A DNA stretch of 64,000 bases from Candidatus Multivoradales bacterium (lineage in GTDB: Bacteria > Acidobacteriota > Thermoanaerobaculia > Multivoradales > J023): contig CBDFLE010000006.1 in NCBI GenBank assembly GCA_965248925.1, forward strand, positions 896,001-960,000. The letters are read 5' to 3'. This document shows, in pieces, positions 29,223 to 40,300 of this stretch. Position 1 is the first letter of the stretch. Each line of letters opens with the position of its first letter. The notes below the pieces were generated by a model that was given only the letters and a program-made list of their open reading frames with translations, ran no database searches and had not been told where the DNA came from. The position numbers and the translations under genes are program-made.

Positions 29223-32200
29223 GTGATCCTGCCGCTCGGCTATGATCTGGTGTCGGTCGTGCGCCAGGGAGCTTTGCGCGCGGTCTGCCGGGCTCGCGAG
29301 GTGGCGAGCGGTGAGCTGGTCATCATCAAATCCTTGCTCGATAGCCGCGCGAGCAGCCAGGCTCTGGCGCTTCTGCGTCACGAGTATCGGATCCTGAGCC
29401 GGTTGGATTTGCCGGGATTCGCCCGTGTGCGTGACCTGCTTTACCACGACGGGCGCCCCCATCTGGTGATGGACGATCTGGGCGGACTGTCGCTCAGCGC
29501 CTGGATGGAGGCGAACCGTCCCGATCTGGCCCAGTTTTTTCGCATCGCTCGATCGGTGACCGAGAGACTATCCCACCTGCACGGGGCGCAGGTGATCCAC
29601 AAGAACATCAATCCGCACCATATCGTCGTCCACCACGATAGCCTGACCACCCACTTGGTCGACCTCAGCATCTCTTCGCGCCTGCACAACGAGATCCAGA
29701 AGTACACCAGCCCGAGCGTCCTGGAGGGCGCGCTGCCCTACATCTCTCCGGAGCAGACTGGCAGAACGAATCGAGCGATCGACCGTCGCACCGACCTCTA
29801 TTCCCTAGGGATCACCTTCTATCAGCTCCTCACCGGTCACCTACCCTTCGACGCCGGTGACGATCTGGAGTGGGTCCACTGTCACATCGCCCTGACCCCG
29901 CCTGCCCTGCGGGAGGCCTGGCCGGACTGCCCCCTCGCCCTCGGAGAGGTGGTGATGAAACTCCTCGCCAAGGCTGCCGAGGATCGGTACCAGAGCGCGG
30001 ACGGCCTGCTGCGCGATCTCGTCGTTTGCGAGGGCATGGCCCATGGCGAGGACGACGGTTTCGTTCCAGGTCGCTGGGACCGCTCGGAGCAGTTTCATCT
30101 GCCGCAGACGCTCTACGGCCGGCAAGCCCAGGTCACAACCCTGCTCGATGCCTTCGAACTCGTCAGCGAGGGGGCGACGGCGATGATGCTGGTCACCGGT
30201 CACCCGGGGGTCGGAAAGACCTCGCTGATCGGCGAGATTCACCAGCCGATCGTCCGTCACCGGGGCTACTTCATCTCCGGCAAGTTCGATCAGTACAAGC
30301 GGGACATCCCCTACGCCTCCTTGATCCAGGCTTTCCGTGAGCTGGTTCGGCTGCTGCTCACGGAGAGCGAGGAAGCACTCCGGGCCTGGCAGCAACGGAT
30401 CATCGACGCCTTGGGTGAGAATGCCCAGGTCATCGTCGACGTGCTACCCGACGTCGCCCTGATCATCGGCGACCGGCCGCCAGCGCCAGTGCTGGACTCC
30501 GCCGAGGCCGACAACCGCCTCAATCGCGTCCTGCAAGACTTTGTGCGGATTTTCGCCAGCCCCCGACATCCGCTGGCGATCTTCCTCGATGACCTGCAGT
30601 GGGCCGACTCGGCGACGCTCAAGCTGCTCCACCTGCTATGTACGGACTCGGCCAGCAGTCATGTGTTCTTGATCGGCGCCTACCGGGACAACGAGGTCGA
30701 CGCCGCCCACCCCCTCAGCCTGACCCTCAAGCGCATCGAAGAAAGTGGGGCGAGGCTCGAATCGATCCACCTCGAACCCCTCGACCTTTGTGACGTCGAG
30801 CGCTTCGTCGTCGACACCCTGCGCCAGAAAGCCGGCGACACCGCCCGCCTGGCCCACTTCGTCTACGAGCGCACCCTGGGCAACCCGTTCTTCGTCGGCC
30901 AGCTCCTGCGGGAGCTACATTCGTCCCACTTGCTGGTCTTCGACCCGGCCGCGGACGGATGGACTTGGGATCTCGAACGGATCCGGACCGTCGGATTCAC
31001 CGACAACGTGGTCGAGCTGATGGCGGAAAAGATTCAGCGTTTGGCCAAGCCGAGCCGGGACATGCTGACCCTCGCCGCCTGCATCGGCAGTACGTTCGAC
31101 TTCGAAACTCTGTCCATCGTAGCGGCGCGGTCCGTCAATGAGGTCATGACAGGGCTCTGGCCGGTCCTCCAGAATGGGCTGATCTTGCCGCTCGACGACG
31201 CCTCCAAAGTGCTGCGCCGGGGCGGTGGGAATCCCGACTTTTCCGATGCCGACGGCGTCGCGGCAATCTCCTGCCGTTTCGTCCACGATCGCGTCCGTCA
31301 AGCGGCCTATTCGCTGCTCGGCGAGGGCCAGAGGCACCGGGTGCATCTGCAAGTCGGCCGTCGATTGTTGGAGACGGTCGGGGCGGCGGAAGGCCGACTC
31401 TTCGACATCGTCAATCACGTCAACCTCGGCGCCGAGCTGGTCGACCGACCGCAGGACCGGCTGTTGATGGCCCAGCTCAACCTGTCGGCGGGCATCAAGG
31501 CGAAGAACTCCACGGCCTACGATTCGGGACTGGCCTACCTGCGCGCGGGCATTCAATTCTTGCCGGCTTCAGCCTGGGAGACGGCCTACGATCTGGCCTT
31601 CGAACTCTACAAGACCGAAACGGAATGCGCCTACTTGCTGGGTGACTTCGACCAAGCCGAGGACCTCTCCGGCATGCTCCTCCGCCGATCCCGCGACCGG
31701 CACGAGAAATCCCAGATCTACAATCTCCGGATCGCCTTCTACTCGAGTGTCGGGCGCTTCAAGGACTCCATCGCCGCGGGGATCGAGGGCCTCGAGCTGT
31801 ACGGTATTCACCTGAGCGACGAGGCTGGCAATCTGCGCGATGCCATCGAGCGCGAGCTGGCCGAAATTCAACGCCGGATCGGAGATCGCCAGCTGACCGA
31901 GTTGCTCGACCTGCCGCTGATGACGGATCAGGCGGTGGCAGACTGCATGCGGCTGATGATGAATCTGACTACCCAGACCTATATCGCCGACCAGGAGAGG
32001 TTTCCGCTGATTGCCGCCAAGATGGTCAACCTGACCCTCCGGCACGGGAACTCGCGGGTATCTGCATTCGCCTATGGCTACCTCGGCGTCATCCTCGGTA
32101 CCTTTCGGGGTGACTACCAGACCGGACGCCAGCTCGGCGATCTTTCCCTTGCCCTGGCCAAGAGGCTGGAAGAACCGAGTCTCTATTGCAAGCTCTACTG

Positions 32201-35200
32201 GATCCTTGGTGGTCTCAATAACCACTGGGCACGCCCGATCCGCTCCAACATCCCGCTGCTGCGCAAGAGCATCGAGCACGGCCTCGAGTCGGGGGACTAC
32301 GTCTTCGGCAGCTGGGCCTACTACTACCTGGTGATCAGCGCTCTGCTTTCGGGGCTCCATCTGCCGAGGATCCTCGAAGAAGCCGACGACGCTCTCGCCT
32401 TCTTTCGCCAGACCAAGAACAAGACCTATGCTGATCTCGAAGAGATCGTCCGCAACGTAGTGCTCAACCTACAGGGCGCCACCGCGGATCGGGCCTCCCT
32501 GAGCTGCGAGGGATTCGACGAGGACTCCTGCATTCGAGACCTGCGGGCGCGTAGCCATGGCGCCGGCGTCGCCCGGTACCACGTGCTGAAAATGATGGTG
32601 TTGTGTATCCACGAGCGCTACGCGGACGCTTGCGCTCTCGGGGCGCGGTCGGAGCAGACACTGGGATTCCTGACCGCCCAACCCTTGCTGGCCGAGCATT
32701 CCTTCTACTACTCCATCTGTCTTTGCCGCCAGATGGAGCAGGTGGACGCCGCCGGCCAGGAAAGTTTTCGCGCCACCATCGCAAGCCATCTGAAGCGTCT
32801 GGGGGAATGGGCGCAATCCTGTCCGGAGAACTTCCGCCACAAGAAGCTCCTAGTCGAGGCCGAGCTCGCGCGTTTCGACGGCCGCCCGGGGATCGCCCTA
32901 GTGCGCTATGAAGAGTCGATCGACCTGGCGCGCGAGCACGGTTTCGTGCACAACGAGGCGCTGGCGCACCTGCTGGCCGGCCAGTACAGCGCCTCGTTGC
33001 GTCTGGCGACCGCCGCCAAGGCCCATCTGCGAAGTGCGCGAGACCTCTACTCCCGCTGGGGAGCCGGCAGTCGCGTCCAGGACCTGGAGGCGACTTACCC
33101 GGAAATTCAGCTTGGCAACGACCAGGACAGAGCTGTGGCTGGTGGGAGCTCGCCGACGGTCCATCTCGACGCCATGACTCTGGTCAAAGCAACCCGCGTG
33201 ATCTCGGAGGAGCTGCACCTCGACTCCCTTTTCCAGACGATGCTCGAGATCATGGTGGAAAGCGCCGGTGCCCAGAGCGGATACCTGTTCCAGGAACAGG
33301 ACGGGCGGTTGGTTCAGCGGGCGCGGAGTTGGGCCGACGTTGGCCGGGGCACGCTGCCCGAGCCGGTACCGGAGCAGATCCTGAATTACGTCCGGCGGAC
33401 AGGCGAGAAAATAGTCTTGAGCGATGCGAGCGAGGACACCACTTTCATGGCGGACCCGTTCGTCGCGTCTCGCCGAGTCAAGTCCCTGGTCTGCATGCCG
33501 ATGCATCGACAGGACGAGATCGTCGGCTTCTTGTTGTTCGAGAATTCGCAGCTGGTGGATACCTTCACCGATGCGCGGCTCGACATCCTCGACATCCTGG
33601 CGGCTCAGGCGGCCGTGTCGCTAGAGAACGCGCGGCTCTACAGCCAGTTGAACGAGCTGAACGAAAAGCTGGAGGGCCGCGTCGAGCGGCGCACGGCGGA
33701 ACTCGCCGAAGCTGCTCAGCAAGCCCTGGAACATCGCCTTGCGGCGGAGGCGGCCAACCAGGCCAAGAGCGAGTTCCTGGCCAAGATGAGCCACGAGATC
33801 CGCACACCGATGCACGCGGTCATCGGCATGGCCGAACTGCTCCTCGGCACCGGTCTCGACGCCTACCAGATGCGCTTCGCGGAGACCGTGCGCAGCAGCG
33901 GAGAGACTCTGCTCGCCCTGATCAACGACATCCTCGACTTCTCGAAGATCGAAGCGGGTGAGCTGAACCTCGAACGGGCCCCAGTCCTCCTGCGCGAGTG
34001 CCTGGAGCAGTCGGTCGAGGTCCTGGCAGCGGCGGCGGCGGCGAAGGACATCGAGCTGGAGTTTCGGGTCGACACCGACGTACCGATCGCGATCTTTGGC
34101 GATGCCGCGCGTCTGCGTCAGATCCTGCACAACCTGATCGGCAATGCCGTCAAATTCACGGCCGCTGGCGAGGTTTTTGTCGCCATGTCGTGCACGCTCT
34201 CGGACGACCGGGCCGGGCACGTCGAAATCGAGTTCTCGGTCCGCGATCACGGTATTGGCATCGATCCCGAGGCGGTCGACAGTATTTTCGACGCGTTCTC
34301 GCAACAAGACAGCTCCACCACCCGGCGGTTCGGCGGAACCGGCCTGGGCCTCTCCATCTGTCGGCATCTGGTGCGGGCGATGGGCGGCGAGATCCGGGTG
34401 CAGAGCGAGCCGGGTGTCGGCTCCACCTTCTCGTTCACCATCGAGGCGCCGATCGCGCCGCAGCCACGCCCGCACTACCTCGATCCCGAGCGTTCGGAAC
34501 TCGCCGGGCGTCAGGTCCTGGTCTTGCACGAGCAGGCGATCTACCGTGATCTCTTGCGCTATCACCTCGATGCGTGGGCTGTGCGAGTGGAGACGGCGGT
34601 GAGCGTCGAAGAGGCCGTGGAGCGATTCGCCGCGTCGCAGGACCCCTTCGACTGCATCATCGTCGATCGTTCGAGCGTCGCACTCGGCACCGAGCTGCAG
34701 GAAGAGCCGGTATTTTCCCAGGCGGCGATGATCATCTTGAGGTCCATCGTCGATCAGCCCCAGAAGGTGGACGATGGTAAGTCGTTTCTGACCAAACCAA
34801 TCGCGCCGGCGCGCCTCCACGCGCTGCTCTCGGAGGTTCTCGGGCTGGTGAAAGAAGGGCCCCGGCGACAAGGCATCGAGGCACGGCCGGAGACCGAGCC
34901 GCTGCGGTTTCCCCGCCGGATGTGGGTCTTGCTCGCCGAAGACAACCCGGTCAACCAGCTGGTGGCCGAGGCCTCGCTCGAGCGATTGGGGATTCAGGTC
35001 GAGATCGTCGAGAACGGTGTCGAGGTGATCGCCGCCATGCGCCGCCGGCCCTATGACCTGATCTTGATGGATGTACAGATGCCCGAGCTGGATGGCCTGG
35101 AGACGACACGGAGGATTCGCTCTGATACCAGTGTGCCGCAGCCGTACATCATCGCGATCACGGCCAACGCCACCATCCAGGATCGCCAGCAGTGCCTGGC

Positions 35201-35399
35201 GACGGGAATGGACGATTACATCCGCAAGCCCTTTCGGCTGGAGGATCTTCGAGCTAGCCTGAGCCGCTTCGCCGCCACTCTGCTTGGCGGGTCGGAGGCC
35301 GCGCCGATGCCGGGCGGCGGCACTGCCAAAGAGGTGCTGCCAAAGAGGTGCTGCCAAAGAGGTGCCAAAGAGGTGCCAAACATCTCTTGGAAGAGGTGA
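29223..35399 (+). CDS. Multidomain sensor: Ser/Thr kinase-like + AAA ATPase + TPR-like + GAF + His kinase + two receiver domains
   Basis: [63 protein letters not shown] and [11 protein letters not shown] motifs. GTG start at 29223 is inferred; the last about 25 aa derive from the repeat array. Confidence 0.92.
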   Translation: MILPLGYDLVSVVRQGALRAVCRAREVASGELVIIKSLLDSRASSQALALLRHEYRILSRLDLPGFARVRDLLYHDGRPHLVMDDLGGLSLSAWMEANRPDLAQFFRIARSVTERLSHLHGAQVIHKNINPHHIVVHHDSLTTHLVDLSISSRLHNEIQKYTSPSVLEGALPYISPEQTGRTNRAIDRRTDLYSLGITFYQLLTGHLPFDAGDDLEWVHCHIALTPPALREAWPDCPLALGEVVMKLLAKAAEDRYQSADGLLRDLVVCEGMAHGEDDGFVPGRWDRSEQFHLPQTLYGRQAQVTTLLDAFELVSEGATAMMLVTGHPGVGKTSLIGEIHQPIVRHRGYFISGKFDQYKRDIPYASLIQAFRELVRLLLTESEEALRAWQQRIIDALGENAQVIVDVLPDVALIIGDRPPAPVLDSAEADNRLNRVLQDFVRIFASPRHPLAIFLDDLQWADSATLKLLHLLCTDSASSHVFLIGAYRDNEVDAAHPLSLTLKRIEESGARLESIHLEPLDLCDVERFVVDTLRQKAGDTARLAHFVYERTLGNPFFVGQLLRELHSSHLLVFDPAADGWTWDLERIRTVGFTDNVVELMAEKIQRLAKPSRDMLTLAACIGSTFDFETLSIVAARSVNEVMTGLWPVLQNGLILPLDDASKVLRRGGGNPDFSDADGVAAISCRFVHDRVRQAAYSLLGEGQRHRVHLQVGRRLLETVGAAEGRLFDIVNHVNLGAELVDRPQDRLLMAQLNLSAGIKAKNSTAYDSGLAYLRAGIQFLPASAWETAYDLAFELYKTETECAYLLGDFDQAEDLSGMLLRRSRDRHEKSQIYNLRIAFYSSVGRFKDSIAAGIEGLELYGIHLSDEAGNLRDAIERELAEIQRRIGDRQLTELLDLPLMTDQAVADCMRLMMNLTTQTYIADQERFPLIAAKMVNLTLRHGNSRVSAFAYGYLGVILGTFRGDYQTGRQLGDLSLALAKRLEEPSLYCKLYWILGGLNNHWARPIRSNIPLLRKSIEHGLESGDYVFGSWAYYYLVISALLSGLHLPRILEEADDALAFFRQTKNKTYADLEEIVRNVVLNLQGATADRASLSCEGFDEDSCIRDLRARSHGAGVARYHVLKMMVLCIHERYADACALGARSEQTLGFLTAQPLLAEHSFYYSICLCRQMEQVDAAGQESFRATIASHLKRLGEWAQSCPENFRHKKLLVEAELARFDGRPGIALVRYEESIDLAREHGFVHNEALAHLLAGQYSASLRLATAAKAHLRSARDLYSRWGAGSRVQDLEATYPEIQLGNDQDRAVAGGSSPTVHLDAMTLVKATRVISEELHLDSLFQTMLEIMVESAGAQSGYLFQEQDGRLVQRARSWADVGRGTLPEPVPEQILNYVRRTGEKIVLSDASEDTTFMADPFVASRRVKSLVCMPMHRQDEIVGFLLFENSQLVDTFTDARLDILDILAAQAAVSLENARLYSQLNELNEKLEGRVERRTAELAEAAQQALEHRLAAEAANQAKSEFLAKMSHEIRTPMHAVIGMAELLLGTGLDAYQMRFAETVRSSGETLLALINDILDFSKIEAGELNLERAPVLLRECLEQSVEVLAAAAAAKDIELEFRVDTDVPIAIFGDAARLRQILHNLIGNAVKFTAAGEVFVAMSCTLSDDRAGHVEIEFSVRDHGIGIDPEAVDSIFDAFSQQDSSTTRRFGGTGLGLSICRHLVRAMGGEIRVQSEPGVGSTFSFTIEAPIAPQPRPHYLDPERSELAGRQVLVLHEQAIYRDLLRYHLDAWAVRVETAVSVEEAVERFAASQDPFDCIIVDRSSVALGTELQEEPVFSQAAMIILRSIVDQPQKVDDGKSFLTKPIAPARLHALLSEVLGLVKEGPRRQGIEARPETEPLRFPRRMWVLLAEDNPVNQLVAEASLERLGIQVEIVENGVEVIAAMRRRPYDLILMDVQMPELDGLETTRRIRSDTSVPQPYIIAITANATIQDRQQCLATGMDDYIRKPFRLEDLRASLSRFAATLLGGSEAAPMPGGGTAKEVLPKRCCQRGAKEVPNISWKR

Positions 35400-35582
35400 G
35401 TCCTGCCAAAGAGGTGCTGCCAAAGAGGTGCCAAACATCTCTTGGAAGAGGTGAGTCCTGCCAAAGAGGTGCCAAACATCTCTTGGAGGAGGTGAGTCTG
35501 CTGCCAAAGAGGTGCCAAACATCTCTTGGAGGAGGTGAGTCTGCCAAAGAGGTGCCAAACATCTCTTGGAGGAGGTGAGTCC
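35323..35582. repeat. Irregular tandem array of REP-like hairpin units CTGCCAAAGAGGTGCCAAACATCTCTTGGARGAGGTGAGT
   Basis: Five full units of about 40 bp, interspersed with 14-, 11- and 3-bp partial units; no unique spacers. Confidence 0.92.
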
Positions 35583-35800
35583 AGTAACCACCTGCTCTCC
35601 TGGAATCGGCTGAGCCACCCACCCCTCGGCACGATTTAGGAGGGCAAGCTGAGCCAGAATCTCTGGTTCCCGCTCCGGGAGACTCAAAATATCGCCTACC
35701 GGCACTTTCCGGGTAGCCGTTGGCACCTTCCACCCACTCAGTGATCCTCAGAAAACTTCCTGGCCTGGCGATAACCCCGGCGCCGATCAAGCCGCTTCGC

Positions 35801-36740
35801 CTATCCGGGCGCCACGGACTCCAGAGCCCGAACAAAGGGCATCGCTGGAGGAAAACTTCCGTCGGGGAAACTGGCAGAGCAATCATCTGCCCTCAAGCGC
35901 TCGGCAGCAACGCGATAGGCGGCGACGAATTCAGCATACGCGCTCTCCAGCCGCCGCCGCTGGCGCCGGCTCCAGGCGTGGAAACGCGGTGCCGGTGACC
36001 TTCTTACCTGACTCGGCCGGTGGTGGGGATGAACTCTCCGAGCACGACGGGGACCTATTGGCTCAGTGCCGCGTTCGGCGTGCATGGTCAGGGTCTGCTT
36101 TTCGATCTCCTCAATCAAGCTCCGCACTCGATCTTGCCGTGCATCTGGTGACAGATGCCGCCAACAAGGTAGCGGCTGGAGCGTGACCTCCATCTCTGTG
36201 ACGAACTCTCTTGGAGATGGAGCTTCCCTCCGTTGCCGGGCGGCGAATTCCCGACTCCGGTCGAACCAGGTGCCACGTAGAGGCTCGCCGGTCAGAAGCG
36301 TCCCGACCGAGTTCACTCCAGGCCAACAAGCTGGTGAGTAGACAACTCCCTCCTTGGCACCATGGCTCAGCAAGTAACGGAGGCGAGCGATTTGAACCAC
36401 GGCCTCATCAGCGACCACAATGGCACGGTAGCGACGGTTGAAGATCGTCCCTGGCCAGTCGTGTAGCTTGCCGATCTCTTTCGACAGGTTAGTGTTGAGG
36501 TGCTTCATGAAGCTCGCCAACCGTTCGCTATCCACTGGCGAAAGTAGAAGGTGGTAGTGGCTGGAGACCACCACGACGGCGTGAATGTCGACGGCGAACA
36601 GACCGCGAGCCTTGGCCAGGCAGCCAACGAAGATCTCGTTCAACTGCTGTCCTGGTCGCAACAAAAAGCGGCCCTGGATGGTTCGACAGGTGACTTCGAC
36701 CAGCATCCCAGAGCGGGGCAAGTAGCGTAGATTTCGGATC
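35801..36740 (-). CDS. Y1 HUH transposase (RAYT / IS200-like) with long C-terminal extension
   Basis: LRYLP..LVEVTCRTIQGRFLLRP, SSHYHLLL (HUH), FNRRY and RLRYLLSHGAKEG (catalytic Tyr). The native start is unclear; the gene is in frame with an upstream TPR fragment. Confidence 0.85.
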
Positions 36741-36781
36741 TGCGTTTGTTTGCCGCCACTTGCGTGGCACCTGTCCAATCC

Positions 36782-37059
36782 CTGCTCGTGGTGCTCGATC
36801 GCCCGATCGACCTCGCCCAAACGCGTGTAAGTGTTGCCCAGGTTGCCGAGGTGTCTCGCCTCGCCGCGGCGATCGCCGATCTCCCGAGAGATCTTCAGTG
36901 CAGGCTCGTAGTGCTCGATCGCCCGATCGGCCTTGCCCAAATCCCCGTAGGCTGCTCCCAGAAGACTTCGGGAAGGAGATCGCGGACTACTTGGCGCTCA
37001 GGACCGAGCCCTCCAGGCGAAGCAATGAAGATTCGATACTTGGTGATCTGCTCTGCCAC
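36782..37059 (-). pseudogene. Collapsed DUF4062(TIR-like)-TPR gene remnant
   Basis: GTG 37059 with GGAG RBS gives MAEQITKYRIFIASPGGLGPER. It is joined out of frame to LGAAYGDLGKADRAIEHYE...IGDRRGEARHLGNLGNTY TPRs. Confidence 0.7.
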
Positions 37060-37122
37060 GGAACAACTCTCCACGATACGCAATACGTTTGCGCAGTAGG
37101 GTACCACCCTTGTAGCCGACGC

Positions 37123-37341
37123 TTATATCCCAAGTGGCCCGTCTAGCCGTCGCTGGCGTTCGTCGACGCGCACCTCGAGAGCCGTAAGCCGGGCCAAGAA
37201 CTTGCTGTCTTTGAGCGCCTGCACCTCGTCGCTCAGATGGTCGACAGCCGACTTGAGCCGGGCAGCGAACCAGATCGCAGCGCCAAGCTCTGTGGCCAAG
37301 AACAGCGTGATGGGCACCACCCACCCTGGCAAGTCAAACAT
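37123..37341 (-). CDS. Small single-TM coiled-coil phage protein (holin-like candidate)
   Basis: 72 aa with an N-terminal TM followed by an amphipathic coil; GAGGG RBS; directly follows the tape measure gene. Confidence 0.55.
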   Translation of the reverse strand: MFDLPGWVVPITLFLATELGAAIWFAARLKSAVDHLSDEVQALKDSKFLARLTALEVRVDERQRRLDGPLGI

Positions 37342-37358
37342 ATTCGGTCCCTCTCTCG

Positions 37359-40300
37359 TTAGGCGCCGGCGCCGCGTAGTGCAGCCTGGCGATCCATGAT
37401 CCGTGTTTGTGACGAGGCGTGCGTTCGCAGCCCCTCAACGCCACCTCGCACCCCGCGGGCAATGGCGTTCCCCTCTTCGGCTGCCACTCGCAACCGGCGC
37501 AGCTCTTCAGCTGCCAGTTCCTGGCCCCGCACCATTCGCGTCATCTGCCCACTCTGCTGCGGTCTCCGCGCGGTCAGGTGCTGAGCCAGCCGCTCAAGTT
37601 CGAAAGTTGCGGCGGTGTTGCTGTAGGTAGCCGGGCTGGCATGCAGCGCGCGCAGGGTGTCAGGGCTGAGGGTCGTGGTGATCGCGCCGCCGAAGATGCT
37701 GCCGGCCAGGCTGGAGAAATCGACCCCGCCAAGCCCGGCCGCGATCTGCCGAATCAACTCGAAGAGGTCGAAGTAGGACTCGGTGCCTTGGCCGTAGTTC
37801 GCCTGGCCCAGTTGCAATATTTGCGGCAGCAGCCGCAATAGCTCTTGGCGGGCCTCGGCTGCCTCCTGAGTATTCCCCTGGGCCAGCTCGCGCAACTCGG
37901 CGAGACGAGCCATCGCCTCGTCAAGTTGCAACTCATCAGTCAAGGGCGAGAGATCGCCGAATGTCAGGCTGTTGTAGAGGTCTTCGAAACCACTGCGCAT
38001 CCGCTCGAGCAGTTCCTCCAATGCTTGAGCCGCGCGGTCTGCGTCAGAGGATCCACCGCCGCCATACTGTGGCGGCGGTGGATAGAAGTCGACAGGTGGT
38101 GGAGGTGGCTCTGGCGGGCCACTAGCCGACCCCCCGCCGCCACTAGCCGACCCCCCGCCACTAGCCGACCCACCACCACTAGCCGACCCGTCGCCACTAG
38201 CCGACCCGTCGCCCACAACGATCTCGATATTGGGAGGCTCGACCGGATCTTGAAGCGCGTCAAGCGCATCCTGATGCGCTTGTGTTATCTGCCCTAGTAG
38301 CTCCTCAATGGTCAAACCGAGCTGGGAAAAAGCTCCCGCGGCCGCTAGCTCTATGGCGGTCAGCCGAGCCTGCTCGTACTGCAAATTGACCATGATCTCA
38401 GCGAGCCCCTCGGTCTCGACACCCAGAGACCGCAGTGAGTCGAGGTACTGAACCCCCAGCTGCTCGTTGTAGGCCGCTTGCAGAGAGTTGACCTCGTCGT
38501 AGCTCTCGCCCAGGAGGTCGAGCTGTTGCCTCGCAAGATCGAAATCTACGGCTGAGGAGCGCACCGCTTGCTGTAGCTGGGAGACCTGGTCGACCTCGTC
38601 GCGGTAGCTCTGTAGTAGCGCGTCGTGCTCGCCGCGAAGCTCAGTCAGGTACGCCTGCTCCAAACCAGCCCGGAACTCATCAGCGAAATCCTGCCCCATC
38701 GACAACCGGAGGATCTCGCCGATGATGTCGTCGATCTGCTGATTTCGAGCGACAGCTGCTTCTTGCAGATCGGTGATCATGCCGGTTTCGCGTTGGCGCA
38801 TGAGGGACAGCTCGCGGCGGAAATCCCGGCGCCGAGACTCCCGCTCTTGCACACCGCTACCGCTGCCGCCAATGTTGCCACCTCCGGGCCTACCGACTCC
38901 GCCACCACCGCCTCCGCCACTGAAATCAGTATCGAGCAGGTTCTGAGCCTGGTCGCGCAAGCGCTCCATGAACGCCAGCAGATTTCGATCAGTGCTCTCG
39001 AGCAGCCGCAGTTGCTCAATCAGTATCGTGATCCTGCTTAGCTCCGTGGCGAAACGGATCTTTTCGGCCCAGGCGATGGCCTCTTGGCTGCCTACCAATT
39101 GGCCCAGGCTGGCGAGCACATCACCCTCGACGGTTGCCGCGAAGGCTCGAATACCCTCCTCCAGGCGTTCCAGGTCGACCCCCGACACGGTCAGGCCAAG
39201 ACTGTCGGCCTCCTCTTCGGCGTCGGAGATTGACCGGGTCAATCCATCGACGGCCACGGCCGTGGAGTCGAGACCAGTGCCGGCTAGGTCGATGCGCGAG
39301 GTGAACCCTTCGATGTCCTCCCCGATTCTGTCGATGTCCTCGCCGAGATCTCCAGGCGGCCTGAGTGGGCTGTCGTCGATTTTTTCGCCTAGCTCGACGA
39401 ACGTCTCACCGAGAGAGGCAAAGCGCTCTTCAACCTCTTTCGCTGCCTCGAGCTGCTGGCTGGCCTGCTCACGCAGAGATTGAGCCAGCTCGAATCGAGA
39501 AGTGTCGACTCCAAACAGGGCGTCGATCTGGGCATTGAGACCTGCGGCCACATCATCGAGCTGCTGCTGGACAAGCAGGGTACCGTCCTCGACGGAGAGT
39601 CCATACTTGCGTATCGACTCAAACAGGTTTTTGGCATCGGCCTCAATAGTGACGTACTGCTGGCGATAGGGGTTTTCGCCGCCTACCCCGTCGAGTAGGC
39701 GGGCCAGCGGGATCGCCTCAGTGACCAGCTCCTCTACTGAGGTGATTCCACCGTGCAGACCATCTAGCAACAGCTGCACGTTGTGACCGATGCTGCCAAA
39801 CTCCGATTGCGAAAGTGATTCCACAATCCCGAAGTCGAGAGCATCATTGAAGCTCTCGAACGATTTCTCGACATCCCCTACTTTGGCAATATATTCTTTT
39901 CCATCTTGGCGCAGGCGTATACCAATGCCCGCGTAACTTTCAACAACGCCACCAAAGGCTCCGATTATCACTTCGATTTCGTCGATTATACCCTCCGTGA
40001 ATTCGCGCGCCCCTTCGAAACCTGCAATATGCTCATTGGGCGGCTGGCCAACAAAATGAGCTTCCCGGTCACCTTCTTGAATGTATCCAATACCTAAACT
40101 GGTATAGTTTTTAGCCGCTTGCTTCGCCCTCCAGCGGGCATCAAGCTCTTGCACGATGATCACAGTAGCTGCGGCGGCAAGCCCCGCCCAGACAGCTGGA
40201 TTGACCGTTGCTTTGCCAAACAAGCCGAGTGCATTGCCACCACTTGCAGCACCAGCGCCAGCACCGGCGCCAGTGGCTGCCGCACCCGCGCCGCTACCCG

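Noticed and set aside
35323-35582. CRISPR array
   Set aside because: Units abut with no unique spacers and have irregular lengths, and there are no cas genes; the adjacent HUH transposase explains it better.
33621-35726. 701-aa minus-strand ORF (and similar ones at 22852-24471 and 51943-53667)
   Set aside because: Shadow frames of well-supported genes in GC-rich DNA, with no motifs.
35801-36940. Genuine TPR-transposase fusion protein as called by the ORF track
   Set aside because: The TPR part is a broken remnant starting mid-repeat; more likely a chance in-frame junction.
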